Origin: Phoronis australis | Lineage: Eukaryota; Animalia; Phoronida | DNA: 64,000 nt | Direction: 5' to 3' | Assembly: GCA_002633005.1 (NCBI GenBank) | Contig: NMRA01000369.1 | Coordinates: 346,502-410,501, forward strand | In this document: positions 1 through 11,700 of the stretch, in pieces | How positions within the stretch are numbered: the first letter of the stretch is position 1 | How the letters are laid out: each line of letters opens with the position of its first letter | Translations under genes and position numbers: made by a program | The notes under the pieces: generated by a model | Databases searched by the model: none | Told to the model about the DNA's origin: nothing | Seen by the model: only the letters and a program-made list of their open reading frames with translations

Positions 1-564
1 GGGGGGGGGGGGGTAGTTTCCGCTGAAACCTCATTTCGCACGGCGACAATTGAGTGGGTACCCGGCAACATGCGTCACTCACAACAGCGGCCATTTTAGG
101 TGGTGCTGTACCACCAAAAATGAAAATTTTATATAACTTCAGTTGGTGTGGAAATATTCGAAGTTATGTTGAATGAAATTATTTGGGTTTATGTTTCAAC
201 TGAACTAACTTGCGTTAAAATTCGTTCATGAAGTCAATTTAACTAAAGGTTAAGTTTCTCCTGGTACCTAAATTTTTCAGGCCTTGTTTTTGTTTTCTGT
301 TCCCCTGCCCTCTGTTGTTCTAGAAATATCAACAACACAAACATGTCCGTGTGTGGGACTGTAGAAAGTGATCGTCTGTAAAATATTTTGCTGCTACAAA
401 TAAACAATATTTTGCCAAACTGCAAGTAAAATGTTTAGGTAACGCGCACAATATATTTCGTAGGAGAGAAATTACAAAATTTTGTTTAAGCCGTTATAAC
501 AATGACTTTGACTCTATGGTCTATGATGTAAGTACATTTACTTGAAGTGGCCATACCATTTCAG

Positions 565-3500
565 GGCCCCTTCTTGGTCTTCCCTCAAGTCGGCGCGAAT
601 GTTGAGGGTGCCATGTATGCTCTCCTCGGTGGTATAGAAGGAGCATTCGTGTTTGGATTGTGTGAGAGTTACCTTACTCCCATGCTGAAGCCGGAGACGC
701 CCATAACATGTTATAGGTAAAACAAGAAACTGGCAGATGGTAATATTACGGTTTTTGGTTGACAAACAAACTTTGTGGATTTTTGGGACATTCCGCTTAA
801 GTGTGAGCTCTCCCGTCCGCAAAGTTAATAAACCTTAGATTACTACGGACGGACACATTATGTGAGTACGAAGTGTCTCAGATAATGCGTTTACGTTACA
901 GCTTCCCGTTTGGCTTCGAGCAATGATTTGTGCTGAGCGGAATGTGCCTGAGCATTCGCATTGGGTTATTTCTACTTCTGCATTTTCACACTGATATAAT
1001 TACCAAAACGGCCACCACCATCTACCGGCTTGTGGAGTGAGTTCAGTGCTTAAGCGAAATGAAAACGGCGCAGTGTAGCGGGTTTCATCAATTGTTATCA
1101 GTCTTCAAAACACTAGAAAAATAATGACTGATTTAAGCGGTGCAACTTCACGATTAAGACTGACATTTTAAAGGGGAATGTTCAAGACACCTCTCATTGA
1201 ATCAAATTGGTATAATGACTATTCGGTCATGAGTCAAAGGCTAAATTTCTGTAAATTACCTGGTATGTATTCCTATGTACCACTGATACGATACTGGTCT
1301 TAGAAGGAAATTATCGGTTTTACGGCCAAAACCGTATTTCTGTGCTTATCGTTGGACGGGGTAGATTTACTGAGGTTATTACCTTTGATCAAAGCTACAA
1401 AACAACAAAATCGGTTACATTGTTTTGATTTGATCACAAATCATGAATTCTTGCCGTTGTGTGCTAGACGTTCATTGAAATCAAGATTGGTTTCTTTACC
1501 ATTTGAATGTGCTTAGAAATTCGTCCTAAATTAAATGCGTGGGATTTGGCTAAGCGGCAGAGAGTGTTCGGTTGTTACTGCTAAGATAGTTGGTGGGTTA
1601 GAATCGGCGCTCCGAGAATGTCCTTTTAAAGAGTCCTTTTGAACTGAGGGGCGCTCCTTTGGAATCATTACCTAAAATGGAAATTATAAAACAGAGTAGG
1701 CCTACTGAAAGACACAAATGATGTCTAAAGTCCTTTAACTGCATCAAGAAATTCTTTTACATTCCCAAACATATCATTCAGGGCGTGATCAAGTAAAATT
1801 AGTGCCAAAAAGCGATATCAGTTTTAACGAGGTTGGCCCACCCGTCCATGGAAAATGGGCGGGTTCAAGTGAATGGCAGGTGGCGCTTCAATTCAGTTTG
1901 TTGGTAGTCAAAAGGAGCTTTGAGACAAAATTTGTAGGAATTAATGTCGCGATTACAATGTTTAGGTCGCAAAGGGGAATGAAATACACTTTTATATTTC
2001 AAAACAAAAACACAGCTTCAACCATTGTGGCACTGGCATTTGACAACTTTTTCACTTTATTTCTTAAAACCGTATTCTTTCTAGTGATAAAAACTCACAA
2101 CAGTATAAAAAATGTCCTACTTAGGCACACGTTTTCCTGTATGAATTGTGTTCGCTTGTTCAACTTCTTGAAAATTGGGGCTTCAACAAAAGGTACACCT
2201 ACTTTTTAAAGTAGTTTTATTTTCGTTGATTATGAAGGATTTGTGACTGTGCGTAACGGCTGACGACCGGAGTAGTGGAGCAATTGGCATTGGCCCATGT
2301 TGTGGCAGGGGGAGACCAAGTTAAGCTAAAGATCCCCCGCAATTACAATTTTGCACCTTCTTGATGAAATGGATGGCTACGACATGATAAATACAAACTT
2401 TTCGTTACAGTCTCCACAGCTATCTGGAATGTAGTTACTACAAAGTGGCCATACCAATGGCTCTGGTCACTGCCCTAGCAGCGGCAGCTCTGGAGTGGTG
2501 GCAACCGTGGACTGGTCAAGTTGACGTAATTTTCATTCTAGCAAGAGTAAAAGGATCAATTTATAAAGCATGCGCGTAAATCCACGATTATGACTAAAGG
2601 GTCTGAAAACGAACAAAGATAGAGGGAAGGCTCTTCCATCGTGAATTTCAGCGATGCAAGAGTGGACAGGGTGCGAGGTCTTTAGAACCCCCTCTGGATC
2701 TGCCCCTGATACACTTGCTCCGGCGATCGATTGCGTTTATAAAGTGACAATTTTCAAACGGGACCTTTATGTTTCATTTACTGCATTGTTCCCACAGCCT
2801 AACAAAATATTTTCAACGAAAATTCATAGCCGTGAAGAATTGATGATGTTCATTAATTAGCTCAAGCCACTAATCCTTTTTAACAAATTAATCACTTATC
2901 TCACTATTCCATTACAAACTGTGTCCACAGGGTATTGGTTCATGGTCTCTGTCGACGCCGTCTCTACCAACGTTGTGCATGGGCGGCATTGTTGGGCTAA
3001 CGCAGGTGCCTCTGGTGTTGGCTCTCAAAGAGACCCTGGGCAACAGCAGCATGTTCTGCACCGTAGCCTCCTGGCCACTAGTGACTAAAGGTTTTCAGGC
3101 CTGGTCCAGTTACCTCACCAAGTTTCGCAAGGGAGGCGTTGACGGCTTCTGGCAGGTTGGTTCAATTCATAGTTTTAGCAGCAGAGTTAATCAGTGAACG
3201 CGTGATGTTTGAATTTGGAAAAACACGCCACAGGAATGACACTTCTTAGCAGATATTAATTGTATGGGCACTTGCTAATTTGAGTTGTACTCCGCGTACT
3301 AGTCCTTTGCGCGTATAAGCGCAGTTTCTTCGAAATATTCAAAACTACAATACATTATTGGCTGAAATATTCTTAAATAGTTAAAGTATTGAACACCTGG
3401 TTTATGAAAGCGGGACAGACACCGAACTTATAGGCTCAACCTGGGAGTATTGGTCCTAGGCTCAACTCAATACCCGGCTTAAAATGATGCTATTGCATAG

Positions 3501-5269
3501 TAGTCCACTACCCTAAGAGAATTGTGTACGGTATATCATCACCATGGCATTCTCAATAGTGAATCATGTAGTTCAAGGTGGGTACCCTCTCCCCCCATTA
3601 GAGCTGCCGATGTGGCCTGTAGCGTTGATCACGCTTGGAGTGTGGCGTTGTGAGGATTGTGTTCTCAAATTCATTCCAAACTTTTGATATTTATAAGGTT
3701 TACAGAGCATTATTTTGTTGCATAAAATTAAGGGATCTGGCTGTTGTTTAATAGCTGTTAGTAAGCTAAGGTTTGGCGTCCGTTTTTTAAAGCAGAACTA
3801 GGCTTTATGTCGCAGCAGGTGTGCTAGCTTAAAACTGTTAGACGTACGCGATGTCGATTAAGGCTGAACTGGCACTATCCTTGAACGATTACGATTGCCT
3901 GCAGCCATAAAACGACTCGACCGAATGACGGTGAGCGACAGCATCTTTTTCAAATCAAAATGTGACAATTCACTGCATATGCTGCTTATTCACCACCAGG
4001 TTGCGTTAAACGCTGGCGCGGTCCTCGGAGGATACTTGTCGGCAAAAGCTTCCGGGACTTTGTCGTCGGCTATAGGAGTGTCATCGAAACAGGCGTATCT
4101 GGGAGGCTTCCTCATGATCTTCGGTTGCAGGCTTGGAGGCGGATGTACCAGGTAAACAATGTACCAAACAGCTATGTTACATTACCACCAGTAGCTAATT
4201 GCATTCAGTAAAAAATTGATTCTAAATTCTCTCGTATAACGCGCACTGTACGATTTTAGACACATCAAAAGTTCAATTTTCAAATTGCCGGAGTAGCGAC
4301 ATTATAAACGTCTCGCATTATTTTCTTTGCCATCGAAACAAATTTTCAGTATGCGTTTTGTTGTAATGTGCCATTTGCTTAAAGCCTATTCCAAACATAA
4401 GATACTTGTACTAATTAGCACAGTTCAATCCTATCCCTAGACAGGGATTCAGATCTTCAGATGCGCTTTCGTTCACGGATACTGCACACACTCCTCGTCG
4501 TATACTGCAGTATCCGTGAACGAAAGCGCATCTGAAGATCTGAATCCCTGTTTAGATAGGATTGAACTGTGCTAATTAGTACAAGTATCTGTGCTTAGTC
4601 GAATGCCAGAGCAACATCGAACATACTCTTTCCCAAACGACAACTAATTGAGGTTTTTTAAATTAAAAACCTCAATTAGTTGTCGTTTGGGAAAGAGTAT
4701 GTTCGTTGTTGCTCTGGCATTCGACTAAGCACAGTCCGATCCCGGACTGGTAAATCAGTGCGCGGAACGGTTATTTTTGACACAAAACCGGGGCTTCCGT
4801 TCTGACAAGACGCAACATACCAGCAAAAAAACCCAAGCCTTCACGAGACATTATCAATTACAACCAAAGAACGTGGTCACCCTAATTACCTGTGTTTTGG
4901 CGTCTTCACACCAAACGAGTCAGATGAAATTGTCTAAACGGACCATCGTTGTGCATGATATACGGACTGAAGCGATCCATATATTCTTTCATGACCAACG
5001 CCACATCAAACACGAAACGTAATCAAGTGGGCACAGTCGAACATCTCTGGAGTGAACAGACAGCTATGGCTTCGAACACACATTGTGTTGCAATGAAAGA
5101 CGACGACGTCGGTATACCATTTTACAAGATCAACTAACAACAATTTTTTTTTTTTGTTTTCAGCGGCCACATCATATCTGGATTCAACGCCATGTCTCTA
5201 CTCTCTTTCGTCTCATTCCCGTGTTTTCTTGCTGGAGGAGTGGCCACAGCAGCCATCATGAAATCTTAG
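565..5269 (+). CDS. YeeE/YedE-family (TsuA-like) sulfur-compound/thiosulfate transporter, 3' part; 5' exons lie upstream of the window
   Basis: GT-AG exons at 565-715 (frameshifted), 2411-2525, 2931-3155, 4000-4151 and 5164-5269 (TAG). Phases join from 2411 onward and give LEWWQPW...GGIVGLTQVP...TLGNSSMFCT...FWQVALNAGAVLGGYLS...GGFLMIFGCRLGGGCTS|GHIISG...FLAGGVATAAIMKS*. The GxRLxGGCTSGH motif and Gly-rich transmembrane helices are hallmarks of YeeE/YedE. Confidence 0.85.
4400..4590. repeat. Long inverted repeat (hairpin 1), arms about 85 bp, loop about 19 nt
   Basis: AGATACTTGTACTAATTAGCACAGTTCAATCCTATC...CGGATACTGCA is mirrored by TGCAGTATCCG...GATAGGATTGAACTGTGCTAATTAGTACAAGTATCT, with one small internal mismatch. 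Confidence 0.95.
4589..4734. repeat. Near-perfect palindrome of about 146 bp (hairpin 2)
   Basis: CTGTGCTTAGTCGAATGCCAGAGCAAC...GAGGTTTTTAA is mirrored by TTAAAAACCTC...GTTGCTCTGGCATTCGACTAAGCACAG, with essentially no loop. Confidence 0.95.
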
Positions 5270-6378
5270 ATAGCAATGTCTTAAACGCAGCAACGTACTT
5301 TAAGCTAGAAACGTCCCAGTGTACTTGTATCGGTGGAATGAACGTTGCAGGCTGCTAATATTAAACACTCGTTGTGAACACACTACCCTATTTGCGGAGA
5401 GGGAAACACGGTTTCAGGAAAGACCCCAATGCGACTGGAGTCTAAAAGTTACTGCATTGTAGGATCCTATGATGTCCACGAGTTTGAATCAATGCAAAAA
5501 TAGATCTATTGGAAGTTAAGAACGTAAACATTCCAGAGCCAAATTCAAGAAAATGCATTTGATGACAATACAGACAGGGCACAAAAAATGCACCACACCC
5601 ATATCATTCAAATCACCGCCCATTCTGAAAATTTGTCGGGCATTGCCATCAACTTTGCACTAGGCGATTTTACATTAATCAGGGAAATAAGGACGCCGAG
5701 GTAAGAGCCGGAAATGGTACCATAAAGATTTTTCGAAAAGCGCCAGACGCTTAGGAAAGTAAACCACAATGAACGACTCATCAGAATGTTATTTCCTCCA
5801 ACACTGTTGTAGTAGCCTATAAAACGTCCAGGTAGGCTCCTGGACAACTCGGAGCCGGGCCTTCTGGATACACATCTGTTCTTTTCCAAATAATTTGAAC
5901 AGCTAGGAAAGTAATGCTTTAGGTGGTGGTTACAGTAACAATACATCAGAACATAAATACTTGAGAATTTTAAATATAGAAAAGTTCAAGTCCTGTGTGT
6001 TGAAAAGTGTACTTAACAGAGTCTACTATGCTCCAGCACAAGGACAAAAACTAACGGATAAAACTGTTGCAGCAGGTGTATGCTTTATTATGTAATATTG
6101 TACCTACGTTATGTACCCNTTCATTGGGCTGATCACTTTGAGTATGAATAATAGAATTGTACGATCAACCATGTTAAAAGTGCCATAAACTTATCTTCTG
6201 TCCAAAAACATTGTTTTACTTCTCATTTAGGTGACAGGACTTGAAATGTTCCACCACAAAAAAGAATAAAATTGACAGGTGATGTATCCTTCCACAAACA
6301 AAAAAGCTTCTGTGATAGAAATGTTTTATTATGTTGTGAAATTTAACTAAAATAAACGTTTTTTGCATGAATAAAGCC

Positions 6379-7466
6379 AACAAGAGCAACGCAGAGCGTT
6401 GAAATGCGCCCACAATTGCACCGCATACGGTATCCTTCTAGGGTTGTTTATTGGTACCACAAAGTGGCCAGTAGAGGGCATATATGTAGTATGTTGTACT
6501 TAGCAAAATGGAAAGGCATGGTCATTGTCTCCTCAATAGGCTAGGGGCAAAATGTGAGTAATCTTCATAATACAAGCACATCCTATACACCAGTTGCTTA
6601 AAGCACCACAGAAACATAGAATAAAAACAAATTTACCAACATACGAGATTAGCACAGCATTAGAATGCCAGAAACAAATTTCTACTTGGAACTTTTCCTT
6701 CATAGTCACGAAGTAACACAAAGTATACACCTGAAGACCTATGAAAATACAGAGGTCAATGTAAAATACTATAAATTGCCACTAGAGGCAAATACTAAAA
6801 TTGCCACTAGAGGCATACCGGTAGTCAGAATCATCCTAAAGTCGTCATCGTCCGTTGTCAACATCACATCAATACACTTGCTAAATTTAGTAAAGATCCT
6901 GCAAACGGTTTGGGAGATACAACCATGGGCGCAAAAAAAACAAAACTGCCACTAGGAGGTGCCACAGTAGTCCAAATCGTCTGAAAATCATTGTCAGCTG
7001 TCTTCCTTATAGTAAGCACATACACGGCAATTTTCACAATCATCCTTTGAGCGGTTTGATTGATAGAGGGGTGGACGCAAAAATACAGACTCGAAAACAG
7101 TAAAAATGGCCACTAGGTGGCGCAAACTATGTCGAATCCATCCGAAAACGGCAGGATAGCGTCATCTCACTACTAGGTGCCTACATACCAAATTTCATGA
7201 AAATCCGTTCAGGACTTTTGAAGATACAAAGGTAAGCGTAAAAAACTAAAATTGCCACTAGGGGGCACACCGGTAGTCGGATCCGTCCGAAAGTTCGCAC
7301 ATGCCGTCCCATTCATGAATGGAACATATGTGCCAAATTTCATGAACGTATGTCAAAGGGTTTTGGAGATAGAGCAGCGGACGCCGGACGCCGCCCGGAC
7401 GGACGGACGGACGGACGGAGATGACGGCATAATGCGTCCACATATAAATATGTGGGCGCATAAAAA
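6379..7466 (+). mobile_element. Non-autonomous Helentron/HINE (DINE-1-like) element
   Basis: Begins AACAAGAG. Has a 5' subterminal ATGCGCCCACA, internal tandem subrepeats (AAAATTGCCACTAG, CCAAATTTCATGAA), a (GGAC)n microsatellite near 7397-7417, and a 3' hairpin ATGCGTCCACATAT-AA-ATATGTGGGCGCAT followed by an A-run. Confidence 0.7.
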
Positions 7467-7739
7467 TGATAAAAAGAAAAAAAAGAGAAAATCAAAACCA
7501 AAGAGGAAATCCTCTTAATAGAGGAAAATTCCAAGCCCTGAGGTCACTTTTCCTTGCAAAACTGATCTCAATTTGTTCCCTAATCAGACTGAGTATAGAC
7601 GAAACTGAAATTCATCACTTATGGAGACTTTACTTAAGAAGTTGGCTTAACCAGAGAGGTCATTTTACTTGCTGAGCACAGTCTCAAGAAATAACAAAAT
7701 GTTAATTCTTTCCAAACTGTGCAATTACTTCTCACCTTA

Positions 7740-7888
7740 CATGGGTGGCGCAGCACTGAAAAAAGTGGGGGGCTAAAGCCCCCTCAGCCCCCCAGTGGTA
7801 CAGCGCCTATAGACCATGTGCGGTCTGGCACTGAAAAAGTGGGGGCTATAGCCCCCCCCCCCCAGCCCCTTATGGTGCGCCACCCATG
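7740..7888. mobile_element. MITE with CATGGG(T/C)GGCGCA terminal inverted repeats and 5-bp TSD (internally duplicated copy)
   Basis: TIR CATGGGTGGCGCA...TGCGCCACCCATG, flanked on both sides by CCTTA. Confidence 0.85.
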
Positions 7889-8705
7889 CCTTAGTAAGGA
7901 ATAAGTTGAGACCAATTCTATTACGATATGTGGCCTTAATCAAGTCAAGAGCACCTTCAAAGTCAGTTGAGAATTTGATTCTTTAAAAATCAACAACAAC
8001 TCTCAACACAAGATCTTTAATTTTGTTTTCACCACAGAAGACATGTTTGCCATATATACAAAGAATTTGACTCCAGTGATGATGCTGGTTATAATAAGAA
8101 TAATTATAAAAAATAATATATATCTCAAACCCCATTTCTTTGCATGTCTGACCAGTGTCCCTGATGTCAAGGCTCTCATTGGCCACCTGTAAATGTGATC
8201 TCATATTTGTCGACCAGGTAAAAATCCTAGGTTGCCACGAAGTCACCACACACACACACAAACACATGTGAAACAGATGGAAGTTGTAATCATTCGTCCA
8301 AAATCGGACGGACCCATTTCTGAATCGTGCACAGATGCATGTAACAAGTGCTTATCTTGTTCGACCGTTTCCATCTCAGGATGTGCGTTTGTGAATGGCA
8401 TATTAGGCCCAAGAGGAGAAAATTGATCTTTACCAAGTATGCAAGATGATACAAATTTTCAGTTCGAGCCAAAAAAAATAAAAAAAACGCCATCCAGGCG
8501 ATTTCGAAGGCCCGCGGCAGTTATTTGTTTGTCACTTTAGGAATCTTGTTTATTTGTTCCCTTGTCGATGAGGTTTGGCGATCTCATTTCTCGTTCGGTG
8601 GCCTAGGAAATTTTGCCACTCTACAATTGGTGACTTGGCATTATACTGAGCATCAACCAATGAATGAGAAGGTTGGCATAGAGCTCCATTCTTCCTCAGG
8701 ATACT

Positions 8706-11700
8706 TCAGTCATCAACATCATAATTGTCATGATAATCATCTTCAATGCCTGAAAGATAATCAAAATGGAATATATTAAGCCTTAAGCACTAAGTCTTGT
8801 AAATTGAGGTCAGCAGTCAATTTTGAGAATCTCGGAATACATTAGTTCAATAGTTACTGCGGGTTGAATATAAACTAAGGCAAGATACCATTTAGCTTCC
8901 AAAGAGCAGACTGCAGAATTCAATTTAAACAGGCCAGTACAGTAAGTGCCAACACAGTAAGTGCACTCACCCTGCAGACTCTAACTAGAAAACTCTAGAC
9001 TATGAGCAAGAAGCCTCGAGGATCCAAGACCCTGGTAGACAACAAAAGCTGTACTACAACTGCACTACATTTACCTTCGCTATCACCAGCTACAGGTCAC
9101 AGTAACACATACAGTCATACTTGCCTATTTCTGTAGACATTCCTTCCATATAACTCGTGATTTTGCTTTCACATTTGATTGATATAATTACAGGGAACTG
9201 GTGCCTGAAGGGCACGTATGGACAACAAACTTTGTGCCCTCAGAATGACATTTGAACAATACTGTTACACAGTCCACTAGGTGACACTAGTTGTCCAGTG
9301 TGATAATTAGTGCTTGAATGCAGACTGCAATTTTGTCCCAAGCTCACCTGTGTGTTGCCGTAGCAACTGTGCTGCACTCAAGTGCTGGTCATCGTCAGCG
9401 TAATAGTCGTCATCATCATCAGCTTCACCATCAATATCTCCATCATCTAAACAGAACACAAACAGACAGAAACATTATTGGACGTTTCAATGCAAACACA
9501 AAAAGTCCCGTAACTTTTGTTTATAAACTTGAATGGAAAGGCATGCAGGTATCACTGAACTTAAGAGATTTTCAGTAAAATTATGTATGCCCACATTTTG
9601 GGCTTGGATAGTGTAACTAGTAAGCATAGTGACTTAGAATTTTGCTCATAGTTGTAAGTTGCGGGAGCTTAATAAAGGGTTTATGGTCCTGAATAAGAAA
9701 ATAATTGTCTTACTGTCCCACATTGGTTTTGAATAACCAAGCCCAGAATGAGATGTATTGGAAGAAACTCGAGTTACGATTTAAGGAGATGGAGTCCAAT
9801 CATCCAGAGAACATGTGAAGATATTCAGTGGTCACTTGAAGTTGCAGGTAATCATAAAATCACCTTTTGATGAAATAGTTTGAATTATTTTCATAGAATG
9901 GTGTTGGTCAGCCAATACATTAATATTTCTGGCAGTAATTATCACTGCGGTCATGGACCATAATTTGGTAGAAAACAAAACAAAACAGCTTAACTTATAC
10001 ATTCCAAGCTTGGCTATTGAAAAACATTCTGGATAATAAAACAATTATCCCCTGGACCAGGACCATAAACCCTTTGTTAAGCTGTGTTTACTTACACAAG
10101 CCAACTAAGGACACTTGTGTGACTAAGAGCAGGGTTCACTGACCTTGAATGTCAATTTCAAAAGGCTAATTGTGCGCAGTGAACCACTGATGATTGACGA
10201 CCCCATTTACAACTGTCTGTAAGATTCTAAGCCATTATAGGGCCTAGTTGCCCTCTCCATCCCAAAGTGATATGTGAAGAACATGTATGGCCCCAATAAG
10301 TCATCAATCCCAGGAAATACATTATCTCTGTTTATAAATCATGCGCTTATCTACAGGATTTTACAGTAGTAAACACCAGTCTTTTCATATACACCTGTCT
10401 TATCGTACTCCACAGGACCACTTTCAACCAACACCTGCTGTTCAAGCTTGGGCTTCTTTTCAGGTAAATCCTGTTGACTAGACTCTTGTAAATATCCGCT
10501 GGTCCTTTTCAGCCTAAAGAAAAACATGATCATTATAAATACACGACAATGCCAAAATAGCTTCAAGTTCAGTCCTAGCACCAATGTGTGTGTTGACACT
10601 GGACAACTGATATAAAATACTAATCAATTAGAAAACTTGACATACTAATTTATTGCGAAGGTAAGAGGTTAAGACAAAGTTAAACAATAGATGACATGAT
10701 TTGTTACAATCAGACCATACAGTGTTACGGTACATGTAATTTTCCGCTTATTTTTCTCAAAACTAATTGCCAGAATCATCATGCTTTCAATTTTCAAATG
10801 CCGATTATTACCTTTTCCAAATAATGTCAACTTGAATAAAAGTCGTTTTATGAATTCTAAACATGGCAAACTATGTTTGTAATGGACTACAATGTTCTTA
10901 ATCTTTAATTTTGTAGAGAAATTAAAATAGAATTTCACTTGCCTGCCATATTGTGTGATAAATAAGTAAAAAATTACACGTCGTACACTCTTTTCAGAAC
11001 AACCTCAAAAATCAAAAGTTTTATTTGTCAACATTGTATTCACATATCACACTAAAAAGGTATACAATACCATTCAAGGTCAAGCTTATATAGCTTTTTA
11101 ATGTCAAGGTCATCAAGTGCAAACTTGGATTAGAAACTCATCTGCATCAGAACATACTAGTCCAGAGAACATAAAATATCAAAAATAATTTTGAGTCCGA
11201 GCTTGGAGATTATTTTTCTGGCTGTGAGCCTGGGGTCTAATCGTTGCACTCGAAATCAAACTGAACAGTTTTTGCCACTATCTATACAACTTTTGTCTGA
11301 ACTCAAGAAAAGTGTCTAAGCAAGAATACCAACAGCTTTATCCCAGTGTACCCTTGATGACCCCAGCATTAAAGCTAACAGTTCGAGTTCCAACTCGAAA
11401 TTTCGAGTTTTTACTCAAAATCTTGTCAATGAGTTTTTACTCGAGTGTGTAGCCTGAATCTAGGGGTCGTCAAGTGCGAGCATTGATCGAAAAATTATAT
11501 GCAAAACCATAACGTACTTGAGTACACAATAATAAACATCTATCTTGAGTTTGCAAGAATTTAGAACAGAAAATGTTAACAATAACTTCGATTTCGGATT
11601 CGAGCACAAAGATTAGACCTCGGGCTTTGGTTGATGTTAAAGTGGCATTTGTTTTAGAATTTGTGTTAGGAATGAGTCACTACTTTTACTATAACAAGCC

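Noticed and set aside
1-13. Poly-G run at the window start
   Set aside because: Simple homopolymer cut by the window edge, probably part of a G-rich MITE; nothing more can be supported.
1802-2209. 135-aa ORF in a YeeE intron
   Set aside because: Non-ATG start, AT-rich, no recognisable domain and no fitting splice phase.
545-2456. 14-mer AAGTGGCCATACCA occurs just before exon 565 and inside exon 2411
   Set aside because: A single short match with no extension; compatible with chance.
6731-6760. CTGAAGA...GAAA hammerhead-like core
   Set aside because: No room for stem II and no convincing stems I or III.
6700-7400. Regularly recurring AAAATTGCCACTAG motifs resembling a CRISPR array
   Set aside because: Eukaryotic context, degenerate repeats, spacers related to each other and no cas genes; explained as HINE internal repeats.
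7252-7534. Overlapping ORFs with RTDGRTDG / RPSVRPS repeats
   Set aside because: Translations of the (GGAC)n microsatellite inside the repeat element.
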